Source: Octopus sinensis
Taxonomy: Eukaryota
Assembly: GCF_006345805.1 (NCBI RefSeq)
Contig: NC_043005.1
Location: 79,732,001-79,796,000 of the forward strand
Reading direction: 5' to 3'
Length of the DNA: 64,000 nt
In this document: in pieces, positions 1 to 11,398 of the stretch
Position numbering within the stretch: the first letter of the stretch is position 1
How the letters are laid out: each line of letters opens with the position of its first letter
Made by a program: the position numbers and the translations under genes
Notes under the pieces: model-generated
Database searches by the model: none
Told to the model about the DNA's origin: nothing
Seen by the model: only the letters and a program-made list of their open reading frames with translations

Positions 1-155
1 ATATCAACCCCAGTACGCAACTGGTACTTAATTTATCGACCCCGAAAGGATCAAAGATAAAATCGGCGGAATTTGAACTCAGAACATAGCGGCAGACGAA
101 ATACTGCTAAGCATTTCGCCCGGCGTGCTAACGATTCTGCCAGGTCGCCGCCTTA
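1..155 (-). mobile_element. SINE family A (tRNA-derived, Octopus-type), partial, cut by window edge
   Basis: Reverse complement gives head ggcggcgacctggcagaatcgttagcacgccgggcgaaatgc, B-box-like gagttcaaattcc and core cctttcggggtcgataaattaagtaccag. The same motifs recur in many copies in this window. Confidence 0.85.
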
Positions 156-718
156 ATTCCAAAGAAAATATTAATGATATCTTAAAAGCTAAACATCGGT
201 TCCAGATTCGGAAATGTGCGCACTGGTTATGATATAACTATCTTATTGCTAACGTCGCCTTCTTTGATAACTTTTTGAGAAATAAATATGTTAGTTGTCT
301 TTATGTTTTGTGTATTCACTGCATTGAGAACACACAAAATGGTTATGCGGCCCGCGTTCGTCGTTTCTGTTATCTGACCCGCCGTGAAAAATGTCTGGTG
401 ACCCCTGCTCTATGCTATCGAATATACTGACAATAGCGAGGTTTTGTAAGATTTTAGGGTGTAGTTTGTTGGAAATTTAGCTGCTGTTTCTAGCAGGTCA
501 CAGCGACCACGTAGACACACTTTGGTACGCAGTGAAGTTTATTCGAAAACAAGAGGTAAATTTATAATGTGACATGCGCGCGATACGGTTTCAACTCCAT
601 GTAGAAGACACTTCACTCAAAGATATTTTTCATATTCATAGACATTACTTGAACATCATTAAAAAAATTGTGCCTAATAGAAATTACAGTTTCTTGTTGC
701 TTAGACAAGATCAACCCT

Positions 719-1130
719 TATTTCTTTATTGCCCACAAGGGGCTAAACGTAGAGGGGACAAACAAGGACAGACAAAGGGATTAAGTCGATTACATCGACC
801 CCAATACGTAAGTGGTACTTAATTTATCGACCCCGAAAGGATGAAAAGCCAAGTCAACCTCGGCGGAATTTGAACTCAGAACGTAACGGCAGACGAAATA
901 CCTATTTCTTTACTACCCACAAGGGGCTAAACACAGAGGGAACAAACAAGGACAGACAAACGGATTAAGTTGATTATATCGACCCCAGTTCGTAATGATA
1001 CTTAATTTATCGACTCCGAAAGGATGAAAGGCAAAGTCGACCTCGGCGGAATTTGAACTCAGAACGTAGCGGCAGACGAAATACCGCTAAGCATTTCGCC
1101 CGGCGCGCTAACGTTTCTGCCAGCTCACCG
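719..1130 (-). mobile_element. SINE family A with tandemly duplicated ~184-bp body
   Basis: Head at 1130. Two body units start (on +) with tatttcttta at 719 and 903, joined by gaaatacctatttc. Confidence 0.9.
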
Positions 1131-1569
1131 CATGTTCGAGTAATCCCATGCTGCAAGCTTTTCCAAAAGAAACCATGCAGTCATTTTGCAACAACTACTG
1201 ACTGACGTAGTCACACGAGGGTGAGTCACTGATTGACAGAAACATGTTTTCTGCACGTTGTGTACTGAAGGTAACTTAGTCATTGTTTTTAGTATCACAC
1301 TGTTTTAGATAATTAATTGCTATAGACTTGATATTTTCATTCTAATTTAAGCATTGTTTCTACTCAATATGCATGACAAAACAATCCTTGATGTTAAGTA
1401 ACTATTCACTCAAAGTCTCCTTTCTATGTCTGTGTGTGTGTATACATGCACACACTCAGATACAAATGCACACACACACACACACGCATACGCACGCACA
1501 CAAACACACAGACATACACACACATCCATAATTACACACACACACACTCACATACACACATATATATAT

Positions 1570-1718
1570 TGTGCGGTAAGAAGCTTGCTTCCCAAACACA
1601 TGGTTTCGGTTTCAGTCTCACTCGGTGGCACCTTGGTCAAGTGTCTCCTACTATAGCGTCAGGCCGACCAAAGCCTTGTGAGTGGATTTGGTAGACGGAA
1701 ACTGAAGGAAACCCATCG

Positions 1719-1790
<72 letters not shown>

Positions 1791-1980
1791 CTTGTCTCCA
1801 CCCATTGATTGACAACCGATGTTGGCGTGTTTACGTCCCCATAACATAGCGGTTCGGCAAAGCGTTTAAGTACTAGGCTTACAAGGAATAAGTCCTGGGG
1901 TCGAATTGCTAGACTAAAGGCGGTGCTCCAGCATGGCCGGAGTCAAATGACTGAAACAAGTAAAAGAATAAAAGAATATA
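1570..1980 (+). mobile_element. SINE family B with internal (TA)n(TG)n microsatellite
   Basis: Head ...gtgcggtaagaagcttgct...ggttcagt..., then gtagacggaaactgaa, an internal (TA)/(TG) tract, and tail ggcggtgctccagcatggcc...gaaacaagtaaaagaataaaagaa. Confidence 0.9.
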
Positions 1981-2105
1981 TATATACAGGAAAAAAAATA
2001 TATATATAATTTTTACCTTTAATGGCGGTGCCCGAGCATGGCCACAGGTCGAGAGCTGAAACTAGATAAAGTGAAAATGAATAAAATGATATATATATAT
2101 CACAT

Positions 2106-2310
2106 TTCAAAATGTGACCTCCCATTGGCGATTTTTTTTCCTCTGTCTTCCCTTCCCTGGATCTTTCCTTCTCCTATGTTTCCCACGAAGAGCTCCGCTC
2201 GAAACGTTAAACCCTCCTTCTTCCTTCTTTCCTGAGCGTCCAATAATACTATATTTGTTCCACGTCCTCACGTTGTTGTGTTTTTTTGTGTTTTCTTGTT
2301 TGGATTAACT
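2106..2310 (+). repeat. ~205-bp dispersed repeat carrying a degenerate minimal hammerhead motif (Penelope pLTR-like)
   Basis: Homologous to 16770-16980 (-), 54693-54894 (+) and 54935-55139 (-). Contains gttt-cccacga-a-gagc-tcc-gctc-gaaacgtt-aaac at 2178-2212. Confidence 0.75.
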
Positions 2311-3687
2311 TTCTCGTCTAGGCTTATAGGCCCTCTTTATTTGTTTTCCTGTCCTGTTTCTATTCCTTCTTGTACTGTATTTCTTGTAATTGTATTTTTA
2401 TTTTGTTTTTAATTGTATTGTTTTTACGTCCTGTTTTTTCACATTTTTTTTCATTTTTTTTTCTTTGTTTTTACCCCTCTGCAAAGGAATTTTATTTAAT
2501 TCTTTCGCAGGAAGGACAAGTTCGTCGAGACGTGTTCTGTCCTCGCCTTCGAAACACGCTGGAGTTGAACTAGGGACGGCTGATGAAGGGGATTTTTCCT
2601 TGTGTAGTTGTCTTGTACTCTGTTTTTTTCGTTGTTAAAGGAATGATCCGTTCCATGCTGTTTTTACGTTTACGTTTCTCGTTGAGTTCTACGTCTATTT
2701 GTGGCGTCCTGTAAACACGTATATATATTTATATATGCATGTATATATACATGTAGATGTAGGTACGTACATATATGTTTGTATGTATGCATATATTTTA
2801 TTTATTACACCATTGTATGACTGAGCGCCTTCGCGTCGATTCGTTTGGTTTCGTTTCGTTTCTTCTTCTTCTCTAAGCTGGTTTATATATATACGGAAAA
2901 ATTTTAAAAACTCGTAAATGTTTAAAATACATTTATTTACATATATACCACACTAGTTTCAACAATATTTTTGTTTATGAATGGTAAAAGTTTAAAATCA
3001 GAAAAACATCTTTAAAAGTTTCAATGTTGACAAACTAAAATGTTTCAATGTTGATAAATTAACACGTTCAGAACAGAAGATATAAGTTTGAATGTTCATA
3101 GCAGTCAATAAAATTAAAACTGTATCTCATTTTGTTTGAATGTACAAAGTTCATTAATTTTAGTGGTGGTCGACAAGTCATACTGAAAAAAACAAGTGTG
3201 AAATGAAAATAGTAAAAAAAAGGGAATTTGGTTTATAGTTTCTCTGATCCTCTTCTAATAGACGCTTTCGCTTGTACTGGTGAGTTTGGGGATCAGATGA
3301 ATTTATATATATTTTCTTTTTGTTTTGTTTTTTTGCGAGCGGATCTGATTGTTGATTCGTTAAATTTCCGGTGATTTTTTGTCTTTTCGTGATCAAGCTT
3401 GTCGTTTTCCTTGGTTGGTTTCTTTGTGGATGCGGTCAACATTCGTTCCGGTTGGTTGGTTCTCTTAAAGGGTCATTTCGTTGTATTCGCTGAAGTTCAG
3501 TTTTAATTGGTCTGGAGTTAGGTGACGTCAGCAACTGGTGTTTGTATGGTGATTTGGAGTTGCGGTTTCGGAACCCGGGTGGAAGATTGCTACTAAAGTT
3601 AAATTTTTTTTTTTATTCCTGTTTTTTTTTGTTTTGAAATTGAGTCTTTTTTCTTTTCTTTTTACTGCTTTTTCTTCTTTCTAAAGG

Positions 3688-4170
3688 ATATTCAGGTGTG
3701 GTTTATATTTTTTAATCAATATGATTTCCTTAATTAAGCGGAATTGGGTTGAAGTGTTTCCAGTGCATTGATAGGGAAGGAAGATTTAGTATTTAGGGTA
3801 TATGTCTACGGGGCATTAGTCTAGGTGCTTGCTTACGGGAATTTTCCCAGTAGAGGGGTCCCGGATTTGTTGCCTGTGCACCGCTAGTCAATCCCTCAAA
3901 GTCAAGCTAGTTTGACCAATGTAGTCACCACCACAACCTCCACATTTAAGAACATAGATTAAGTTCTTCGAAGCACAGGTGAAGTCATATTTTATGGTAA
4001 AAGTTTGACCTGACTTAAATTTGTATGTTGAACCCTCTAAAAGGAAGATGCAAGTTCCGCAGTTAGGGCGGTTGTACTCTTTGACTGGTGGGGTGGTATT
4101 TTTGGTGGGTTGTTTGGCGCTGGTGAGTAATTATTTTAGGGATTGATGTTGTGTCTTGCTTTTAATAATC
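3688..4170 (-). pseudogene. Penelope-like element (PLE) GIY-YIG endonuclease remnant, Neptune-like
   Basis: Manual minus-strand translation: LLTSAKQPTKNTTPPVKEYNRPNCGTCIFLLEGSTYKFKSGQTFTIKYDFTCASKNLIYVLKCGGCGGDYIGQTSLTLRD*LAVHRQQIRDPSTGKIPVSKHLD*C... This has the CxxC, FTCxSxNLIY-CxxC-YIGQT and R..H pattern of PLE GIY-YIG domains (YIGQT at 3909-3923), with several in-frame stops. Confidence 0.88.
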
Positions 4171-4674
4171 TTCCTGTTCTAATCAGCTGTACAGAATCAA
4201 CACAAACTGATTAGAGATACATTAGAAGCTATCAACAGAAATGACGGATATGAAATAGCAGTACGGAAAATTGTAGAAGTTATCAGAGGACACACGAATT
4301 AATTAATTTTAAGTAAGACTGACTGAGAGAGAACATCTTTGATCCTAAGTGCACTGAAATACCTTGAACTTCTCTCCGACTCCATCGAAGCAGCCATATA
4401 TCCGTTGTTGTATCCGTGTTTATTTCTAATGGTTGTAATATTGATATTGTTTTTTGACAAACTGGAATTCTATTCTCATATAGGATATTTTGAATTGATA
4501 CGTTTATATGGTCTGTGGTGTATTACATTATTTGCTTCGAATTCGGTAAATCTAGCCGACCAGGATATTTATTCATATATTTATTCATTTTCCTGCATTT
4601 TTCTCTATATTTCTTCCGCACTCTCTTCATTTATGAGTGGATGTGTGTAATATGTACCTATATGCGAATTTGTT

Positions 4675-4782
<108 letters not shown>

Positions 4783-4914
4783 AGTGTGTGTGATAGAAAG
4801 AGAGAACTAAAAGGAGACCGAACGACAGATAGTAAACATAATGCTTCATGGTGTGCTAAATCACTTTTCTAATCACAGATTTCCAGATCTATAAAACTAA
4901 AGTGTGTTGCTTCT

Positions 4915-5200
4915 CAATCCATGCCTGGCTCATAAGGGCTGGTTTCCCGGTTTCCTTGCAGTATAGGTTCCCCACCTGGACGGGACGTCGGTCCGTTGCA
5001 GGTGAGCTGCAAGATGCAGGAGGAAAGAGTGAGAGAAAGTAGTGGCGAAAGAGTCAGCAGAAGTTCGCCATTACCTTCTGCCGGAGTCGCGTGGAGCTTA
5101 AGTGCTTCGCTCATAAATACACACATCGCCCGGTCTGAGATTCGAGCCCGCAACCCTCGACCGCGAGCCCGCTGCTCTAATCACTAGGCCATGTGCCTCC
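4915..5200 (-). mobile_element. SINE family C (tRNA-like head ggaggcacatggcctagtg...)
   Basis: Reverse complement begins ggaggcacatggcctagtgattagagcagcgggctcgcggtcgagggttgcgggctcgaatctc (A and B boxes). Homologous to 7728-8035 and 13061-13330. Confidence 0.85.
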
Positions 5201-5537
5201 ACATAAGACTAAAGTACCTATGTATATCGAATATTTGCCCTCATCTAATCAAATATCTCTGATTGTTCATTACTGAAACGAAGTTTAATTACAGCAGGCT
5301 ACTAAACTCGTAACCAATTTTTACATCTGCATGTTAGATGGAAAGAAAATCATTTGAAAGCAAAATTAAGAATATATTACTCTGTACTCTGTAGGGCACC
5401 TTCTTTGGCCAGTGCAACGTTGAGTATACAGGGATAATTTAAATCAACTGACTTTGGGCCAACTGGAGTTAAGGATTCATCGCTTAATTTTACCAGAAAG
5501 CATGATCAAATTTACACTAATATTAGGTAGAAATAAA

Positions 5538-6345
5538 GCGGTGAGCTGGCAGACACATTAGCACGTCGGGCGAAATGCTTAGCGGTATTTCTTCTGTTGC
5601 TACGTCTGAGTTCAAATTCGGTGGAGGTCGACTTTGCTTTTCATCCTTTTGGGGTCGATTAAATAAGTACCAGTTATGCACTGGGGGTCGATATAATCGA
5701 CTTAATCCGTTTGTCTGCCCTTGTCTGTCCTCTCTATGTTTAGCCCCTTGTGGGCAATAAAAAGATATATACTTTAGGGCGGTGAGCTGGAAGAATCGTT
5801 AGTATGCTGGGCGAAATGCTTAGCAGTATTTCCTCTGCCGTTACGTTCTGAGTTCAAATTCCGCCGAGGTCGACTTTGCTTTTCATCCTTTCGGGGTCGA
5901 TTAAATAAGTACAAGTTACACACTGGGGTCGATATAATCGACTTACTCCGTTTGACTGTCCTTGTTTGTCCTCTCTGTGTGTAGCTCCTTGTGGGTAGTA
6001 AAGAAATAGGTATTTCGTTTACCGTTACGTCCAGAGTTCAAAATCTGCCGAGGCCGACCTTGCTTTTCATCCCTTCGGGGTCGATATATTATGTACTAGT
6101 TACATACTGGGCTCGATCTAATCGACTGGCACCTCAACAAAAATTTCGGGCCTTGTACCTATAGTAGAAAAGGATATTACATAGAAACAAGATGGCGTGC
6201 TGGCGGAATCGTTAGCACGCCGAAGAAAATGATTAGCAACATCTTTACGTCTTGAGTTCAGATGCCACCGAGGTCGACTTTGCCTTTCATCCTTCCAGAA
6301 TCGATAAAGTAAGTACCAGTTGAGCACTGCGGTCAGTCAAATCGA
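5538..6345 (+). mobile_element. Cluster of three SINE family A copies (5538-5762, 5778-6180 with duplicated body, 6195-6345)
   Basis: Three gcggtgagctggcag-type heads, each followed by the cctttcggggtcgat core. Confidence 0.85.
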
Positions 6346-6658
6346 CCTATCTCCTTCAACGAACTTGCTGGCCTTGTGTAAATATTTGAAACTAATACTA
6401 CACAAGAACAACAGTGTGATGAATAAATATGATGTATGAAATATGATCTCGGGGTGCAAATATATTTGCGGGTACTGTTACTTCTATTTATGACAAACGA
6501 TATTCAGTGTATAGGCGTGCATGGCTTTGAGATCTACATTCAAATCTATATCTGTCATGACCATTAGGTCTCATAATGCCGGAGGCTTAACCAACTTGTA
6601 GTGGTGTATGACTGAGAGTACAACACCCCTTCACCAGAATGGGACGATGGTCCGTGTG

Positions 6659-6900
6659 GAGGCATGTGGCTTAGTAGTTAGGGGTGTTGGCCTCATTATC
6701 GTAAGATTGTGGTTTCAGTTTATGGACTGGGCAATGCATTGTGTTCTTGAGCAAACCACTTCATTTCACTTTGCGCCAGTCCACTCAGCTGGCAAAAAGG
6801 AGTAATCCTGCGACGGACAGGTATCCCGTCCAGCTGGGATATATATGCGCCATGGGAACTGGGAAATTGTCCCTATGAGTCTGTATGACTCAATAAGAGC
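6659..6900 (+). mobile_element. SINE family D (tRNA-derived)
   Basis: Head ggaggcatgtggcttagtagttagggg, body cttgagcaaaccacttcatttcac...ccactcagctggcaaaa. Related pieces at 8057-8205 (+), 16400-16690 (-) and 23215-23460 (-). Confidence 0.7.
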
Positions 6901-7586
6901 CTAACCGTAACTGGGACGACGTTCCGCCGCTGGGTTAAATTTCCTGCTACTTGATTGGACTAGAGCAATGTGTAATTAAGTGTTTCATTCAAGAAAACAG
7001 CGCACCGCCCGGTCAAGGAAATGAAACAAACATCTTAATATCGTGAATGCATCCCACTAACCTCAAAAATGCGCGCCCTCACTACGGATCTGAAAACAGA
7101 TAGGAATAACCAGAAAACGAGTGTGCTTAATACACGTACTTAATGCGAGATAATTTTCAAGGCAGTGCTCCAGCGTGACCACAATCCAATGACTGGAAAT
7201 TGTGAAAGGGTAAAAGGATAAAAGGATATTAGTTATATTTTATACAAATGATATAATATCTTAAGTGGTTGCAATATTTGAAACGTAAAATTCTTTATTT
7301 CAAAGTATATTCAGTGAGGCGTCCTTCAATGCTTTATAAAAGAAATTCTAAAGATATTTACGATTTATCAAGAAGCTGTATTAATGCGCTTTCACGAAGA
7401 CCATAATGAACAGATACGCGCGAGCGCATACATGCACACACCTACATACACAAATTTCTATCTGCCTGTCTCACTTTCTTCCTCTCAATCTCCCTCTCTT
7501 TCTCTCTCACTCTCTCTTCCTCTCTCTCTCTATATATATATACGCGTGTGTGTATATATGTATATATATAGATACTATGTGTGTGT

Positions 7587-7713
7587 GTCAAGAGGGATAC
7601 CGGAATGGACATAGCCAATCTGAAAGAAGCGGCCCAGGATAGAACTGACAGGAGGACACTGATCCAACGAGTAACCGAGAGTCGACTTCGACTGAGCGGA
7701 TGGATAGATAGAT
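7587..7713 (+). mobile_element. RTE-clade (BovB-like) LINE 3' end
   Basis: Translates VKRDTGMDIANLKEAAQDRTDRRTLIQRVTESRLRLSG, matching the BovB-type ORF2 C-terminus pattern (..LxEAxxDRxxWRxxIxxVxxSRxRL), followed by a short (gata)n tail. Confidence 0.8.
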
Positions 7714-7727
7714 GAGTGTGTGTGTGT

Positions 7728-8035
7728 GGAGGCGCAATGGCCCAGTGGTTAGGGCAGCGGACTCGCGGTCGAAGGATCGCGGATTCGATTCCCAGACCGG
7801 ACGTTGTGAGTGTTTATTGAGCGAAAACACCTAAAGCTCCACGAGACTCCGGCAGGGCGTCGTGGTGATCCCTGCTGTACTCTTTCGCCACAACTTTCTC
7901 TGACTCTTTCTTCTGTTGGCCTGCTCGCTTAGCCAGCGGGGTGGCGCCATTCGAAGGCTAAAACAATGCGAACGCATTGTGACCAGCGATGTGTAGCAAC
8001 ATCTGATGGTCTGGTCGGTCACGTGATCACGTGAT
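7728..8035 (+). mobile_element. SINE family C, full length
   Basis: ggaggcgcaatggcccagtggttaggg (A box) ... ggattcgattccc (B box); ends cacgtgatcacgtgat plus (TA)n. A tail-only copy lies at 12670-12790. Confidence 0.9.
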
Positions 8036-8678
8036 ATATATATATATATACGTGTGCGGAAAACGCGTGGCCTAGTGGATAGGGTGTTGCACTTACAGTC
8101 GCAAGATGTTGTGAGTTCGATTCCTCGAACGAACTGCACACTCCGTTTCTGAGCAAAATACTGCACTTCACGTTGATCCAGTTGACTCAGCTGTAAATAT
8201 ATGCAGTATAGGCTGAGATATTTGATTGGTTCTGCAATCACTGATTCTTAAAAGAATGAGATGATGGCACACCATTATGTATCAATGATGGTTTACATGG
8301 CTTGAGCGTCGGATCATTAATTTTATTTATTCATGCGACATCGTGGAGATAAATAAGTCAATGACACATAGAATGAAGAGACTTAGTCCTGGTCTTAGTT
8401 CCTCCTTTACAATTTTCCAGTACATTAGGCGACAGGATGTCTCACTCTGGTTTGCAGCAAAATTACCTGCTATTACGTCGGTGATCAAATTTGTCTCAGA
8501 TCTCCTTTGCATGTGGCGCGCCATGTCTTCTTCGAAGTCTTACTTAATTCTAGGCGTGTAATTTTTGGTAAATGTAAACATATGGACAAATTACATTTGT
8601 TGACTTGGAGGACGCCACCCTTCCCGGATTAACCCATCCAGTCAGATGTTGGCGCTCCCACCTAATCCTGTTATTAAA

Positions 8679-8778
8679 NNNNNNNNNNNNNNNNNNNNNN
8701 NNNNNNNNNNNNNNNNNNNNNNNNNNNNNNNNNNNNNNNNNNNNNNNNNNNNNNNNNNNNNNNNNNNNNNNNNNNNNN
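8679..8778. other. Assembly gap (100 N)
   Basis: Run of 100 N. Confidence 1.
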
Positions 8779-8926
8779 TCTACGAAGACATCCTCACGCA
8801 GGTCTTCTCTCTGATGACCTCACAACTGATATAATCTCAACGAGATTCCAAGCATTGACCTCTCCATGGCTCTTTGTGCCGTTACCAATCTCTGCTATTC
8901 TCCCTTTGTTGTAGCCCATGTTTCAC
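8779..8926 (-). mobile_element. RTE-clade LINE ORF2 fragment abutting the assembly gap
   Basis: Minus strand: ETWATTKGE*QRLVTAQRAMERSMLGISLR / (frameshift) DYISCEVIREKTCVR, matching the RTE pattern ETWxxT...QRAMERxMLGxSLRDxIxNExIR. 8600-8678, left of the gap, may be its 3' end. Confidence 0.8.
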
Positions 8927-9044
8927 TACATATACATATATGTACAAATATGAATATATATATCTTGCATACACATATTTGTATGTATTATCCTATAGGC
9001 GAATAAAATGGATCAGTAAAGAAAAAGAAAATGAAGACTGATAT

Positions 9045-9375
9045 ATTATTTTCTACTCTAGGCACAAGGCCCGAATGTTTTTTTTTTGGGGGGGGGGGCG
9101 CCAGTCGATTAGATTGACCCCAATACGCAAAAACCGAAATACCTATTTCTTTATTACCCACAAGGGGCTAAACACAGAGAGGACAAACAAGAACAGACAA
9201 AGGTATTACATCGATTATATCGACCCCAGTGCGTAACTGGTACTTATTTAATCGACCCCAAAAGGATTAAAGGCAAAGTCGACCTCGGCGGAATTTGAAC
9301 TCAGAACGTAGCGGCAGACGAAATACTGCTAAGCATTACTCCCGGCGTGCTAACGTTTCTGCCAGCTCGCCGCCT
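9045..9375 (-). mobile_element. SINE family A
   Basis: Head gccagctcgccgcc (on +) ends at 9374; full core and body present. Confidence 0.85.
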
Positions 9376-9734
9376 TTGAAGAGTGATATATTTGAGGGAC
9401 CAAATTCGGAGTGTTTCTAAAACTTCTTTTGATTGTTTTTAAACGAGGATGCACGAATTCAGCGCATCATCCGTTGCAGAGGGAAATTTATTCTTTAAGA
9501 TCCATCAACGCAATCTCGTTGAAATCATTGGACGCGTTGGAAATAACAATATAAGCACTTTCAGTTCACACTCTACGATTTAAGAAGGGGAACACAAAAA
9601 AATATAGTCCCAGAGTTTTCTATGATTGAATTATATATCGGATGGTCATAGCAAAACTGCTATGACCATCGACATGTGGTTTGGCATTATGTGGTTGGAC
9701 ATTATTATCAACGGTAACGGAGAATAGGAAAACA

Positions 9735-9752
9735 GCAAGAACAGCAACATCG

Positions 9753-9786
<34 letters not shown>

Positions 9787-10170
9787 CTCCATCATCAATA
9801 TCATAACCCCTACCATCACCACTATCATCATAAGCATCAACAGCAAGGACTACCACAATGCCACTACGACCATGTGGCATCATCGAACAAGATGAGTTTA
9901 AATAAGTGTAACAATAACACCACTTCTACCACCACCACCACAACTATCACCAGAAGCTCCAACACAATCACCACAACCACAACTACCACCACTACCACCA
10001 CCACTACCATCACCACTACCACCACCACCACCACCATCACCATCGTTATCATCATCATTGCAATCATCGTAGCAATTATCATTGTCAACAAAGAACAACT
10101 ATGATGACAAGATGACGACGGCAACGGGCAAAGCAACATTGCCCGTAGCACAACAGCAACAACAGCAAAT
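9735..10170. repeat. Compound trinucleotide low-complexity tract (CAT/CAC/CAA/ACT)
   Basis: Successive catcat, accacc, actacc and caacag runs. Confidence 0.9.
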
Positions 10171-10384
10171 TGTTTGTAATAATGAACTGTTTGTTGTTTG
10201 GGTAAATATATAGGAATCAAAAGAAATATTGTTGTAAACAACGACAAAAGAATACGAAGTTCGCGATTACATTTTTCAATCAGAAAAATTTCTCACACTT
10301 CCGAACAATAAACGCCTTTCTTATTTAAAATAAATGTTAATGAATTACTACAAATCTCTATCTGATTTCCTGTGAGCATGGGAT

Positions 10385-10878
10385 ACGTATGCATGTATGT
10401 ATGTATGTATGTATGTGCGTGTGTGTGTGTGTATGTATGTATGCATGAATGTATGTATGTATGTATGTATGCATGAATGAAAGTATGTATGTATGTATGT
10501 AAGTATGTATGTAAGTATGTATGTATGTATGCATGTATGCATGTATGTATGTATGTATATATGTATGTAGGTAAGTGTGTGTATGTATGTATGTACGTAT
10601 GTGTGTGTATGTATGTATGTATGTATGTATGTATGTATGTGTGTGTATGTATGTATGTATGTATGTATGCATGTATGTATGTATGTATGTATGTATGTGT
10701 GTGTGTATGTATGTATGTATGTGTGTATGTATGTGTGTGTATGTATGTGTGTATGTAAGTGTGTGTGTATGTATGTGTGTATGTATGTGTGTGTATGTAT
10801 GTATGTATGTATGTATGTATGTATGCATGTATGTATGTATGTATGTATGTGTGTATGTATGTATGCATGCATGTATAT
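10385..10878. repeat. ~490-bp (TATG)n/(TG)n microsatellite
   Basis: Direct inspection; source of the HTYI/MYVC ORF artefacts. Confidence 0.98.
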
Positions 10879-11329
10879 ATACTTTACTTAATTTTAATTT
10901 TAATGTATTAATTGACTTATATTTCGTATATAATTATTTACAACATTTATCTTCGATTTAAGATTTTCTTCGATTTTAAAACAGGTAGAATTTATATTGA
11001 ATTCATTTTGTTCATTGCATTGGAACTGAATGTGAAAGTGTTTACTTAGTGATTCTGGTACGTATAGTAGACTCATATTTATACATTTTACTTGCTAACG
11101 AGTTACGGATGACTAATTAATCAATTAACTTTATTAGTTGATTTATTTGGTCATTACTGGTGAAACTCGTGATAATAAGGTTAACTGAAATTTTTATTCA
11201 CTCAAATATCGTGTCCGCGTACAAACAAAGTGCTTTAATGTAAGAATGCGTTTTTCGTGGCTTTGGCAACCGTTTCTAGCATGTAAGAGAACCATATAAT
11301 GGTTTTCTCTCCCTACACACACACACACA

Positions 11330-11395
<66 letters not shown>

Positions 11396-11398
11396 CAC

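Noticed and set aside
3255-3300. GAAAGCGUC on the minus strand downstream of the PLE endonuclease as a hammerhead
   Set aside because: No CUGANGA core or 5' half of stem II upstream.
7728-7800. tRNA-like sequence as a bona fide tRNA gene
   Set aside because: It has A and B boxes but no proper acceptor stem, and continues into a SINE body found in several copies.
10293-10961. Multiple HTYI/MYVC-type ORFs (also at 56475, 58223, 63225 and elsewhere)
   Set aside because: Translations of (TATG)n, (TA)n and (CA)n microsatellites.
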